A stretch of DNA of 57,098 bases from Desulfobacterales bacterium (GTDB lineage: Bacteria > Desulfobacterota > Desulfobacteria > Desulfobacterales > UBA11574): the NCBI GenBank assembly GCA_049583675.1, contig JBAUWG010000037.1:1-57098 (forward strand). The letters are read 5' to 3'. Under the pieces are notes generated by a model. The model was not told the origin of the DNA and did not search any database. It was given only the letters and a program-made list of their open reading frames with translations. The translations under genes and the position numbers were made by a program. Below, piece after piece: positions 1-8,997 of the stretch. Position 1 is the stretch's first letter. Every line of letters starts with the position of its first letter.

Positions 1-1005
1 GTCGCTTTTATTGCCTGCGCCTTTTTTACTGCGTTTACCGGTGCATCCGGGGTGACCATCGTGGCTTTGGGCGCCTTGCTGTATCCGGCGCTGACCGAAG
101 CCGGATACCGGGATAAATTCAGCATCGGATTGGTGACGTCGTCCGGCAGTCTGGGTCTGTTGTTGCCGCCTTCGCTTCCGCTGATTCTTTACGGCATCAT
201 CGCACAGCAAATGGACATCGGTCAAAGCGTATCCATTAATGACTTATTCCTGGCCGGTATTTTTCCGGCGCTTCTTATGGTGTTGATGTTGTCTTTTTGG
301 AGTTTATGGGAAAACCGCCGGAATCCCATTCCGTGTGAGCCGTTTTCAGTAAAGGGAGCCGTCTTAGCACTGCGTGAATCGATATGGGAAATACCGCTGC
401 CGTTTTTTGTGCTCGGCGGTATTTACGGAGGATATTTTGCCGTTTCCGAAGCGGCCGCGGCGACGGCCATGTATGTGGTCATTATCGAGATTTTTGTTTA
501 TAAAGAGATCAAAATTTCTCAGCTTCCATCAATTATGCGGGAATCAATGATAATGGTGGGTGCGATCCTTTTGATTCTGGGCGTTGCACTGGCATCAACC
601 AATTTTTTAATCGACGCCGACATACCGATACGTTTGTTTAATTTGATTCAGGCCCATGTTACAAGCAAAATCGTTTTTCTGATTTTGTTGAATATCTTGT
701 TATTGATCCTCGGCGCCATCTTGGATATTTTTTCAGCACTGGTCATTATGATTCCCATTATCCTTCCCGTGGCGGTGAATTACGGGATCAATCCGGTTCA
801 TCTGGGCATCATATTTTTGGCCAACATGCAAATCGGCTATTTTACGCCGCCGGTGGGCATGAACCTGTTTATCGCCAGTTTCCGTTTTAATAAATCCATC
901 ACTGAGCTCTATCAGGCCGCTCTTCCCTTTATGATCGTGTTGCTGGCCGCATTGTTGATCATTACCTACTGGCCGGCACTGAGCCTTTTTCTGATACAAC
1001 GATAA
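1..1005 (+). CDS. dctM: TRAP transporter large permease (DctM family), N-terminus outside the window
   Basis: The frame is open from nt 1 (VAFIACAFFTAFTGASGVTIVALGALLYP...). The tracked ORF 52-1005 starts only at the first in-frame GTG. Very hydrophobic polytopic protein resembling the C-terminal part of DctM permeases. Stop at 1003-1005. Confidence 0.85.
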   Translation, partial: VAFIACAFFTAFTGASGVTIVALGALLYPALTEAGYRDKFSIGLVTSSGSLGLLLPPSLPLILYGIIAQQMDIGQSVSINDLFLAGIFPALLMVLMLSFWSLWENRRNPIPCEPFSVKGAVLALRESIWEIPLPFFVLGGIYGGYFAVSEAAAATAMYVVIIEIFVYKEIKISQLPSIMRESMIMVGAILLILGVALASTNFLIDADIPIRLFNLIQAHVTSKIVFLILLNILLLILGAILDIFSALVIMIPIILPVAVNYGINPVHLGIIFLANMQIGYFTPPVGMNLFIASFRFNKSITELYQAALPFMIVLLAALLIITYWPALSLFLIQR

Positions 1006-1642
1006 ACGTCTTATATCGTCTTAATCCTGTGCGCCGAAATCATCCTGCCTGCCTGTTATCCTTTTCGCTCTGGCGAAGCATGCGGGATTTATTTCATAAA
1101 TTTCACAATCTTTATGTAAGTTATTTCATAATTAGAATGAATATTTATAAAATAGTCTAGATCTATCTGTTAAAATAGATCATATAACTATCCGGTATAA
1201 ATATCATAAACATATCTTTAAACAAGTTAGCACGGTTTTTGCAGCAATAAGTACCTATCGCCATACCATAAAATACGTCAGGAATGGACGATCATCCATG
1301 CTTTTTAGGTTGGAACCGTTTGTTCACCTTGGGAAATGAAAATGAGTATTTGGCTATGCCATTGAGTGGTGCCCGGTTATGAAGTGGAACGAAACGCATA
1401 AAACATGCCCCTGCCGTAAGGGAGGATATTGCACGAACGGGCTTACGTGCGAGGAGCGAAACTGTTTCATGCATAATGTCAGATGGCTGGAGGAATCCTG
1501 CACAACATGGATTGAATCTAAAAATGTTCAGGATTATTCGTCACTTAACATTTGTGAAATGGCGAATTTTCCATAAGGGTGTCTTTTTCAAGGTTTTTTA
1601 ACCGGATTTGTTCCTTATTTGCGAAAGGATACTCAGTGGAAG

Positions 1643-2281
1643 CTATCCTTCATAAAGCACCGCCAGTATGGTCGCTTGTGCTTTCTTGGAAGCGACCAGG
1701 TGCGGCGTCGTGGACAGATAGTAAGCACTGTCTCCGGGGTTGAGGTCAAATGTTTCTTCTCCGATATTCAGCACAACGATACCATCCAACACGTAAATAA
1801 ATTCTTCTCCGTCATGAACGGACACTTCTTTATCAGGATTTTCTTCAAGTTGTACGATCAAGGCTTCCATATGGCGGCCTTTGACTTCCGGCGCGAGACT
1901 CTTGTAAATATAGACTTGTTTTTCGCCTTTCTGCGCCGTGGACCGCGAAACAATCTTTTGTTCATGCTTGCGCGTGATGGAATACATTTTGTCGCCAATT
2001 CCCGAAATTAAACGACTGAAAGCGCTGTCAAGGGCTTTGGAGAGCTTGATGACCGTTCCGAGTTGAGGCTGAACTTTGTTGGTTTCGATATTCGACAAGA
2101 ATTCTACATCGAATCCCGTCATATGTGAAACTTCCTCCAGGGAAAGCCCTTTATGTTCTCTAAGCGCTTTGATGCGTTGGCCGATCTCTTCGATGCCTTT
2201 GGGGCGCGATTGAGAAATATCGCCGGTCAGATCTTCAAAAAAATCTACATTGATATGGGGGGTTTTCTTTTTGCTTGACAT
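1643..2281 (-). CDS. XRE-family HTH plus cupin-domain transcriptional regulator
   Basis: ORF 1643-2347 trimmed to the ATG at 2281 (MSSKKKTPHINV...). HTH_3-like segment IGQRIKALREHKGLSLEEVSHMTGFDVEFLSNIETNK. C-terminal cupin barrel HDGEEFIYVLDGIVVLNIGEETFDLNPGDSAYY. Last gene of the minus-strand acyl-CoA operon. Confidence 0.8.
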   Translation of the reverse strand: MSSKKKTPHINVDFFEDLTGDISQSRPKGIEEIGQRIKALREHKGLSLEEVSHMTGFDVEFLSNIETNKVQPQLGTVIKLSKALDSAFSRLISGIGDKMYSITRKHEQKIVSRSTAQKGEKQVYIYKSLAPEVKGRHMEALIVQLEENPDKEVSVHDGEEFIYVLDGIVVLNIGEETFDLNPGDSAYYLSTTPHLVASKKAQATILAVLYEG

Positions 2282-2463
2282 GTTGCACTCCCAACTAGTG
2301 TCCATCCATAAATGGCATCTTTCGGTCCAGGTCGGCGTTCTCGCCATCTTGTAATCCTCGACGTAGCGCTGCTACGCCTGCGGTTACAAAATATCTGCGG
2401 CCGTGACCTGAACCAAAATCTACCATTTCTGAATGGACACTAACTTTGATTATGAGACCTTCT

Positions 2464-3483
2464 TTAAATTCTTCCGGTCATTCCTTTGGGTATTCTTCCG
2501 GTATGCGCGCATTCCGATCGGAGACGCCTCCCGATAATTTTTTCCACCATGCGTCCGATGTGCAGTACTCTGTCAACGTCAAGGCCGGTATCAATACCCA
2601 TTTCATCCATCATCACGACCAAATCTTCAGTAGAGACAAGCCCCACGATTCCAGGATCTTCGTAGTAGTATTTTCCGGTGCCGGCAACTGGGACGCCATC
2701 GATAAAGTTGGCGGGCTGGCCGCCGGTTCCGCCCATGGTCGATTCGAAATGGGTGATTCCGGCCTGAAGGGCCGCCAATACATTGGCAAGCCCCCAACCG
2801 CGGGTGACATGAAAATGCGCCACGTGTTTGGCCGGGTCCGGTATGGCATCGAGAATCATAGAATAATATTCATAGACTTTGTTCGGCGGCGCTGAACCGT
2901 CATGATCGGCATGTTCAATATCATCCGCCCCGATATCCAGCCAGCGCCGGGTGAATTCAACGGCTTTTTTAAGCTCCGTCGGGCCTTCGATGGGACACCC
3001 CCAGATGGTGCTCACCGTTCCATTGACTTTCATTCCCGCGTCATGGGCTTTCGGGATATAAGTTTCGCACATTTTCCAGTAATCGTCCAACGAGAGCCCG
3101 GAGTTCACCCGATGATGGGATTCGCTCGTGGAAACCATGAGCAAAATACGATCAGGCCCAAAGCCTTCCTTGCAGGCCTGAATGGCTCTTTCGACAGCTC
3201 TTTCACGGATGGTTATGGCGGTCATCTCCACATCTTTCAATAGATGCCCGACTTTTTTGCTGGCACGAATGCGCTTTAAGAGCGCATCGGCATCTTTGAA
3301 TTGAGGCATTACTTTTGGGGGGCCGAAATTGGTGACCTCTATGCGTTTGAATCCTGCAAGAATAAGCTCTTCCGCCAACCACACTTTGGCATCGGTCGGA
3401 ATAAATTTTTCTTCATGCTGGAAACCATCCCTGACGGTGATATCTCCCAAAACAACTTTTTCCGGATAGTTTAGTAAGGCCAT
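2464..3483 (-). CDS. HMGL-like (DRE-TIM) metallolyase, HMG-CoA lyase-like
   Basis: Trimmed to the ATG at 3483 (MALLNYPEKVVLGDITVRDGFQHEEKF) with AAGGAG 6 nt upstream. R-D-G-x-Q motif near the N-terminus and HxH metal ligands (VAHFHVTRGWG), as in HMG-CoA lyase/pyruvate carboxyltransferase domain proteins. Confidence 0.75.
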   Translation of the reverse strand: MALLNYPEKVVLGDITVRDGFQHEEKFIPTDAKVWLAEELILAGFKRIEVTNFGPPKVMPQFKDADALLKRIRASKKVGHLLKDVEMTAITIRERAVERAIQACKEGFGPDRILLMVSTSESHHRVNSGLSLDDYWKMCETYIPKAHDAGMKVNGTVSTIWGCPIEGPTELKKAVEFTRRWLDIGADDIEHADHDGSAPPNKVYEYYSMILDAIPDPAKHVAHFHVTRGWGLANVLAALQAGITHFESTMGGTGGQPANFIDGVPVAGTGKYYYEDPGIVGLVSTEDLVVMMDEMGIDTGLDVDRVLHIGRMVEKIIGRRLRSECAHTGRIPKGMTGRI

Positions 3484-3505
3484 CTTGTCTCCTTTTTTAA
3501 CGACG

Positions 3506-5098
3506 TCAAAACCGAAAGTTCCCAAAAGAAGGATTTCCGATGGGTTTCAACAGACTGATCTCAAATGCCGCGGCCAGCCAATTCCGGATTTCAGAAAATT
3601 TTAATACCCTGTCGTTCAAAAGGCGGGCGCCGCAGTAAAACGGATGTGCCTCGCCATCATATTTTTGGATCATCTGCCGGCTGAAGTCTTCTTTTTCCGA
3701 TTCGGTCATCGGCTGATTCAGGCTGGCGCGTTTTCGCTCTTCAATGGAAAGCAGGACGCCTGCAGCGCTGCGGCCGCTCATGACAGAGGTCCTTGCACGC
3801 ATCGTGGCAAAGAGAAAATGAGGCCGGTAAGCCCTGCCGCACATTCCGTAGTTGGCCGCACCGTTGTCCGGTCCGATGACAAGCTGAATACGGGGTACCT
3901 GCGCACAGGACACCGCCCTTACCATGTCTGCGCCGTATTTGCCGATTCCCATATGTTCCGATTCCGATCCCACCATGTAGCCCGGTGAGCTTTGTATGAA
4001 CAGAAGGGGAATTTTTTCCTGGCAGCAGCGAACGATCCATTCCGTGGCTTTGCAAGCGGCTTCAAAGAATATGATGCCCACGCCGTTGGCCGCGATCACA
4101 CCCACCGTAATCCCTTTGAGGCGTATCTTTCCGGTAACGACATTATCTCCACGGCCGGGAGCGTAATCTTTTTTATATTCTACAAAGTGGCTGTCGTCCG
4201 CAATGGCTTCAAGAACCGCCCGCACATTGATCCCCTGATGAACATGTGCCGGCAAAATATCGTATACCGACGCTTCAGACACCCGCGGGGGAGATTGGGC
4301 ATACCGGTGAAAATAAAGCTTTTGAGAGGGTTCGAGCATAAGGATTTCTCGCACTTGGGCGATCGCCTCATCCTGATCGACGCAAAAATAATCCGCACCG
4401 CCGGATATTTGGGTGTGGACTTTTGCGCCGCCCAAATCTTCGGCGGAAATAACTTCACCGGTGGCCATTTTGACCAGTGGCGGGCCGCCCAGAAAAGAAT
4501 ATGCCAGTTTGTCAATCATCACCGATTGGCAGGCCATAAAAACGATATATGCGCCGCCGGCTGTATTCCCGCCGGTACTCATGGTTATTTGTTTGAGACC
4601 CATGGCCGACATTCGAGCCATGTTGTAAAACATGGACCCAAAATGCTGGTCGTCCGGAAAAACGTCGGCCTGCATGGGAAGAAAAGCGCCGCCAGAATCT
4701 GCAATATAGACGCAGTTCAATCCGCAGTTTTCTGCAATGGCTTGAGCTCTCATATGCTTTTTTAAGGTAATCGGAAAGTAGGTTCCGGCTTTCACACGGC
4801 TGTCATTGGCAAAAATCATGGTCCAATTGCCGTGGATTTTTCCTAATCCCGTAACGATTCCGGCGCTGGGAACGTCCTCAACACCGGGATAATCCATCCC
4901 AAACCCTGCAATGCGGCTGAGTTCATAAAATTCGGTTTCCGAATCGATGAGTTTGGCGATCAAATCTCTCACCGGCTGTTTTCCTTGTTTCGAAAGTTTC
5001 GCAACAGCTTTTTCTCCGCCGGGCCACATGGCCTGGTAAACCCGTTCATCCAGCTTTTTTTCTTCATTTTCCCAGAATATTCGATTTTCGTCTGTCAT
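3506..5098 (-). CDS. Acyl-CoA carboxylase carboxyltransferase (beta) subunit-like protein
   Basis: Trimmed to the ATG at 5098 (MTDENRIFWENEEKK), with SD-like AAAGGAAA upstream. Two-lobed carboxyl_transferase architecture: GIVTGLGKIHGNWTMIFANDSRVKAGTYFP, ADSGGAFLPMQ, STGGNTAGGAYIV, GVIAANG. Resembles MCCase/PCCase beta subunits or GcdA. Confidence 0.8.
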   Translation of the reverse strand: MTDENRIFWENEEKKLDERVYQAMWPGGEKAVAKLSKQGKQPVRDLIAKLIDSETEFYELSRIAGFGMDYPGVEDVPSAGIVTGLGKIHGNWTMIFANDSRVKAGTYFPITLKKHMRAQAIAENCGLNCVYIADSGGAFLPMQADVFPDDQHFGSMFYNMARMSAMGLKQITMSTGGNTAGGAYIVFMACQSVMIDKLAYSFLGGPPLVKMATGEVISAEDLGGAKVHTQISGGADYFCVDQDEAIAQVREILMLEPSQKLYFHRYAQSPPRVSEASVYDILPAHVHQGINVRAVLEAIADDSHFVEYKKDYAPGRGDNVVTGKIRLKGITVGVIAANGVGIIFFEAACKATEWIVRCCQEKIPLLFIQSSPGYMVGSESEHMGIGKYGADMVRAVSCAQVPRIQLVIGPDNGAANYGMCGRAYRPHFLFATMRARTSVMSGRSAAGVLLSIEERKRASLNQPMTESEKEDFSRQMIQKYDGEAHPFYCGARLLNDRVLKFSEIRNWLAAAFEISLLKPIGNPSFGNFRF

Positions 5099-5108
5099 GA
5101 GATTTCCT

Positions 5109-5894
5109 TTATTGACCCTTAAATACCGGCTTTCGTTTCTCTTTAAAAGCAGCCAGACCTTCAAGACGATCTTCCGTCGGGATGGTGATCCAGTAAGCGT
5201 TTGATTCTATACCGAGACCGGTATGAAGATCGGTTTCAAGGCCGTAATTGATAGCATATTTGGCTTGTTCGATGGCAATGGGGCCGGTTTCACAGATCAT
5301 GGCGGCCATTTTTAAGCTATCTTCGAGAAGCGCTTCCGGCTTGGAGACCCGGTTAACAAGGCTGATTTGCAAGGCTTCCGGGGCGTCTACACGTCTTCCC
5401 GTAAATATAAGTTCCTTTGCTTTGCCCGGATTGATCAGCCTCGGGAGCCTCTGGGTGCCGCCGGCGCCGGGAATAATGGCGAGTCGGGTTTCCGTAAGGC
5501 CCATGGAAGCATTTTCGGATGCGATGCGGATATCGCAGGCAAGGGCGAGCTCTGTTCCGCCGCCCAGGGCGATGCCGTTTACGGCGGCAATCACCGGCTT
5601 GTTGAGGGATTCAATGTCGGTAAAAAGATTTCGGATGGTAAAAATAAATTTCTTTACCTGCAACTCGGTATAGGTGGTTCTTTCTTTTAAATCCGCACCG
5701 GCGCAAAAGGCTTTTTGACCGGCGCCGGTAATGATGGCCACACGAATTTTTTTATTGAATTTAAGTGCTTCGATCTGTTCTTTCAGGGCATGAAGTAATG
5801 CAAAATTGAAAGAATTCATCACCTCGGGCCGGTTTAGGGTGAAAATGGCGATGCCGTCTTGTTCTTGGGTCAGAAGGACTCTTTCTTCATCCAT
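5109..5894 (-). CDS. Enoyl-CoA hydratase (canonical crotonase)
   Basis: 261 aa. Canonical crotonase motifs FCAGADLKE, GGGTELALACD and GLTETRLAIIPGAGGTQRL, with both catalytic Glu present. SD AAAGGA lies upstream of the ATG at 5894. Confidence 0.85.
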   Translation of the reverse strand: MDEERVLLTQEQDGIAIFTLNRPEVMNSFNFALLHALKEQIEALKFNKKIRVAIITGAGQKAFCAGADLKERTTYTELQVKKFIFTIRNLFTDIESLNKPVIAAVNGIALGGGTELALACDIRIASENASMGLTETRLAIIPGAGGTQRLPRLINPGKAKELIFTGRRVDAPEALQISLVNRVSKPEALLEDSLKMAAMICETGPIAIEQAKYAINYGLETDLHTGLGIESNAYWITIPTEDRLEGLAAFKEKRKPVFKGQ

Positions 5895-5932
5895 AGATCT
5901 ATCCTTTAAGCTATATAAATAGGAAAGAGAAA

Positions 5933-5973
5933 ATAGGAAATAGAAAAGCAGTTCTTTATTTTTTATTTCCTAT
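5933..5973 (-). other. AT-rich intercistronic hairpin between ACAD and enoyl-CoA hydratase genes
   Basis: ATAGGAAATA (5933-5942) and TATTTCCTAT (5964-5973) are perfect 10-bp inverted repeats around a 21-nt loop. On the minus-strand transcript the hairpin is followed by UUUUCUCUUUCC. Confidence 0.3.
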
Positions 5974-6029
5974 CCGCGGCTAAATTTTTATTTTCAATCA
6001 ACAATCATAATTCAACAATCCGAACGATC

Positions 6030-7178
6030 CTAACATCCGATATATCGAGAGATGACGATTCGTTGAACCTCCGAAGTTCCTTCCCCGATGTCCAAAAGTT
6101 TCTGGTCCCGATAAAATCTTTCCACGTTGTATTCCTTCATCAGACCATATCCCCCATGGATCTGAACGGCATGGTTCACCACTCTTCCCATGAGTTCGGA
6201 ACAATAAAGCTTGGCCATGGCCGCTTCTTTTTCAAAGGGCCTATTTCGATCTCTGAGCCAGCAGGCCTTGTATAAGAGATTTCGGCCGCATTCGATTTCA
6301 AGAGCGCAGTCCGCCAGTTTAAAGGCGACAGCCTGGAACTTGCAAATGGGTTGTCCGAACTGGACCCTGTTTTTGGCATATTTGAGAGCGGCGTCATAGG
6401 CTCCTTGCGCGCCTCCGAGACCCATGGCACCAATGGACAGCCTGCCGCCGTCAAGGGTTGCGAGCATCTGGTGAAAACCGTCTCCTTTGATGCCCAAAAC
6501 ATTTTCTTCGGATATCCTGACATCATCGAAGAAGAGTTCCGCGGTATTTGACGCCCGCCACATCATCTTTTTATGCATGGGAACAGCTTTAAAACCCGGC
6601 GTTCCGTGTTCTACGAGGAAACAAGTATATTCCGGCTTTCCGCTCGGTCTTCTACCGGTAATCGCCTGCACCGTGACCCCCATGCTCATTTCACAGGCTG
6701 CATTGGTGATGAAAATTTTGGATCCATTGAGAACCCATTCATTTCCGTCCTTTACGGCGGTAGTTCTGCTGCTGCCGGCATCGGAACCCGCGGTAGGTTC
6801 CGTCAGTCCAAAACCCCAGAGACCTTCGCCGGCGCAAAGTTTTGGAAGATATTTTTTCTTTTGTGATTCTGTTCCGAAATAGTATATGGGACCGATTCCC
6901 AACGAGTTTCCTGCGGCAACAGTGGCTGCCTGGGATCCATCCACCCTGGAAATCTCTTCGACGGCAATAATATAAGACAGATAATCCAAATCCTGACCAT
7001 TATATTGCTCTGAAACAAACATTCCGAAAAGGCCGATTTCCCCCAATTTTTTTGTGAGTTCAACGGAAAACGCCTCTTTTTCATCGAGTTCCAAAGCCAC
7101 CGGGGCAATTTCGCTCTGGGCAAATTTCCGAACTTCTTTTCGGATCATTTCCTGTTCTTTGGTAAGATCAAAATCCAA
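6030..7178 (-). CDS. Acyl-CoA dehydrogenase
   Basis: 382 aa. TTG start at 7178 preceded by GGGGGGGAG. ACAD hallmarks GFGLTEPTAGSD and C-terminal DIGEGTSEVQRIVISR, with the catalytic Glu at the MCAD/SCAD position. Confidence 0.9.
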   Translation of the reverse strand: MDFDLTKEQEMIRKEVRKFAQSEIAPVALELDEKEAFSVELTKKLGEIGLFGMFVSEQYNGQDLDYLSYIIAVEEISRVDGSQAATVAAGNSLGIGPIYYFGTESQKKKYLPKLCAGEGLWGFGLTEPTAGSDAGSSRTTAVKDGNEWVLNGSKIFITNAACEMSMGVTVQAITGRRPSGKPEYTCFLVEHGTPGFKAVPMHKKMMWRASNTAELFFDDVRISEENVLGIKGDGFHQMLATLDGGRLSIGAMGLGGAQGAYDAALKYAKNRVQFGQPICKFQAVAFKLADCALEIECGRNLLYKACWLRDRNRPFEKEAAMAKLYCSELMGRVVNHAVQIHGGYGLMKEYNVERFYRDQKLLDIGEGTSEVQRIVISRYIGC

Positions 7179-7195
7179 TGGAGCTCCCCCCCTGG

Positions 7196-7972
7196 TTACT
7201 TGTTTTTCCAGACCGGATTCCGCTTTTCGAGAAAAGCGTTAACCCCTTCGATGGCGTCTTCCGTACCGCCAAGTGAAGAGAACAATTCATCCATGTAGTC
7301 TAAAGCCTGGTGATAGGGAATTTCAGACATGGCGTAGATGCCGGTTTTCCCGATTTGAACGGCCAAGGGGCTTTTTTGGGCAAGTTTTTGGGCCAACTTC
7401 ATGGTTTCGTCTTCAAGATCTTCCGGGGGTACTATTTTGTTGATCAAACCGAGTTGCAGGGCTTCGGCGGCCGAGATGATGTCGCCGGTGAGGACCAGTT
7501 CCAGGGCCTTTTTCCGACCCACATGTCGCGCCAGAGGTACGGCAGGACCCAGGCAGATGAGTCCGACATTAATGGCGGTGGTTCCGAACTTGGCATTTTC
7601 GGCGGCTATGGCCATATCACACGCAAACACAAGCCCGGCACCGTTGGCGACGGCCGCGCCTTTGACCGAGGCGATCACCGGTTTTTTCATCCGGGGCAGA
7701 GTATGGTAAAATTCATCCACCAAAGTCAGAAATTCCCGAAGTTCTTTTTGGTTTTTTCCTTTGAACTCCGGAAGGGAGATGCCGGTTGAAAAATGCTTGC
7801 CCGCCGCCTGAATCACGACGACACGAACATCGTCGTCTTGATCCAGATCCCGCAGGGCGTCATTCAATGCTCTGGCAAAGGGAATGTTAAAGGTGTTCAT
7901 CGCTTCGGGCCGATTCAGCGTGATCACGCCGATCATATCTTTTTTTTCGACCAATACGAGTTTTTTCTCCAT
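7196..7972 (-). CDS. Crotonase-superfamily protein with non-canonical active site
   Basis: Trimmed to the ATG at 7972 (MEKKLVLVEKKDMIGVITLNRPEAMN) with GGAGG upstream. Crotonase fold, but both catalytic Glu positions are substituted: ANGAGLVFACD versus GGGxELAxxCD, and FGTTAINVG versus FGxPExxLG. Confidence 0.75.
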   Translation of the reverse strand: MEKKLVLVEKKDMIGVITLNRPEAMNTFNIPFARALNDALRDLDQDDDVRVVVIQAAGKHFSTGISLPEFKGKNQKELREFLTLVDEFYHTLPRMKKPVIASVKGAAVANGAGLVFACDMAIAAENAKFGTTAINVGLICLGPAVPLARHVGRKKALELVLTGDIISAAEALQLGLINKIVPPEDLEDETMKLAQKLAQKSPLAVQIGKTGIYAMSEIPYHQALDYMDELFSSLGGTEDAIEGVNAFLEKRNPVWKNK

Positions 7973-8108
7973 GGTATAACCTCCTTCTTTTTGTTCCTCG
8001 CGGTGACTTCGATTAGCCGTCACTCAATCAAACATTTAATATTATCATAGCACAAACGGCAATGACATGAAATCGTAATTGAGGAAGATTTTCTGTTTGG
8101 TTAAAATT

Positions 8109-8128
8109 ATGAGCGAGCGCTCGGTCAT
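8109..8128. promoter_or_regulatory. Palindromic operator O1 (candidate TetR site) in divergent control region
   Basis: ATGAGCGAGCGCTCGGTCAT, a near-perfect 20-bp palindrome centred on GAGCGCTC. It lies about 14 bp downstream of a minus-strand promoter-like pair (TTGACA at 8169-8164, TACAAA at 8147-8142, 16-nt spacer). Confidence 0.6.
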
Positions 8129-8271
8129 AGCCCTGAATTCATTTGTACCTTTGGTTGAGAGAATTGTCAATATTTTTATTACTATCCGATTTATATATGA
8201 AATTCTTTAATATGAAATTGATTTTTGAAATGAAAAACATTGACAGTGAAAAGCCGAACATGATATGAAAT

Positions 8272-8290
8272 ATGAACGAGCGCTCAGTCA
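8272..8290. promoter_or_regulatory. Palindromic operator O2 (candidate TetR site) upstream of tetR
   Basis: ATGAACGAGCGCTCAGTCA. It differs from O1 at only 2 positions within the 18-nt TGAnCGAGCGCTCnGTCA core. It lies just downstream of the plus-strand TTGACA (8240-8245) and TATGAA (8264-8269). Confidence 0.6.
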
Positions 8291-8338
8291 GAATTTATTC
8301 ATCATATAATGTCCAGCGATCAGCGTTATGGAGTTTCT

Positions 8339-8974
8339 ATGAAACAGCGTCATGCCACTAAAGAGGTCCCTACGCAGATAAAAAATCCTGAACTCGTGGA
8401 ACGGCGGCATCGCCAGATTATTGACGCTGCGGTTCAACTCTTTATCCATAAGGGATTTCACAAGACCACCACACGACAGATTGCCCGATCTGCCAATATC
8501 TCAATCGGTTCGTTGTATGAATATGTCGCTTCCAAAGAAGATATTTTGTACTTGGTGTGTGACGCCATCCACGAAGAAGTGGAACGCGGCGTGACAGAAG
8601 CGTTGTCGAGAGCTTCAGGCGGAAGACATTCACTGGCTGAAGTGATTCGGGAATATTTTTTGGTGTGTCATCGCATGAGCGACCATATTTTGCTGATTTA
8701 CCAGGAAACGCAATCTCTTCCGCCTCAATGGCGGAAAAAGGTTTTAGAGAATGAGGTCCGCATCACCGGTATTTTTATGGAAGTTCTCGAAGGGTTGATT
8801 TCATCCGGAGATATGCCTCGTTTTAGTGAACATTCCATGGAACTTATTGCTCACAATATATCTGTTCTGGGCCACATGTGGACCTTTCGGCGCTGGTTTC
8901 TTGCTCGACACTATAGTATTGATGACTATATCGAACTTCAAACCGAATTTATTCTCGGAATATCCGGGACCTGA
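8339..8974 (+). CDS. TetR/AcrR-family transcriptional regulator
   Basis: HTH segment FIHKGFHKTTTRQIARSANISIGSLYEYVASKEDIL. The ATG at 8339 has GGAG 5 nt upstream. The tracked ATG at 8309 has no SD, so the start is uncertain by 30 nt. Confidence 0.85.
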   Translation: MKQRHATKEVPTQIKNPELVERRHRQIIDAAVQLFIHKGFHKTTTRQIARSANISIGSLYEYVASKEDILYLVCDAIHEEVERGVTEALSRASGGRHSLAEVIREYFLVCHRMSDHILLIYQETQSLPPQWRKKVLENEVRITGIFMEVLEGLISSGDMPRFSEHSMELIAHNISVLGHMWTFRRWFLARHYSIDDYIELQTEFILGISGT

Positions 8975-8997
8975 CGCGAGTAAGGTGGAACTGGTTT

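Noticed and set aside
3992-4765. A 257-aa plus-strand ORF inside the carboxyltransferase gene.
   Set aside because: Shadow ORF opposite a strongly supported minus-strand CDS, with no recognisable features.
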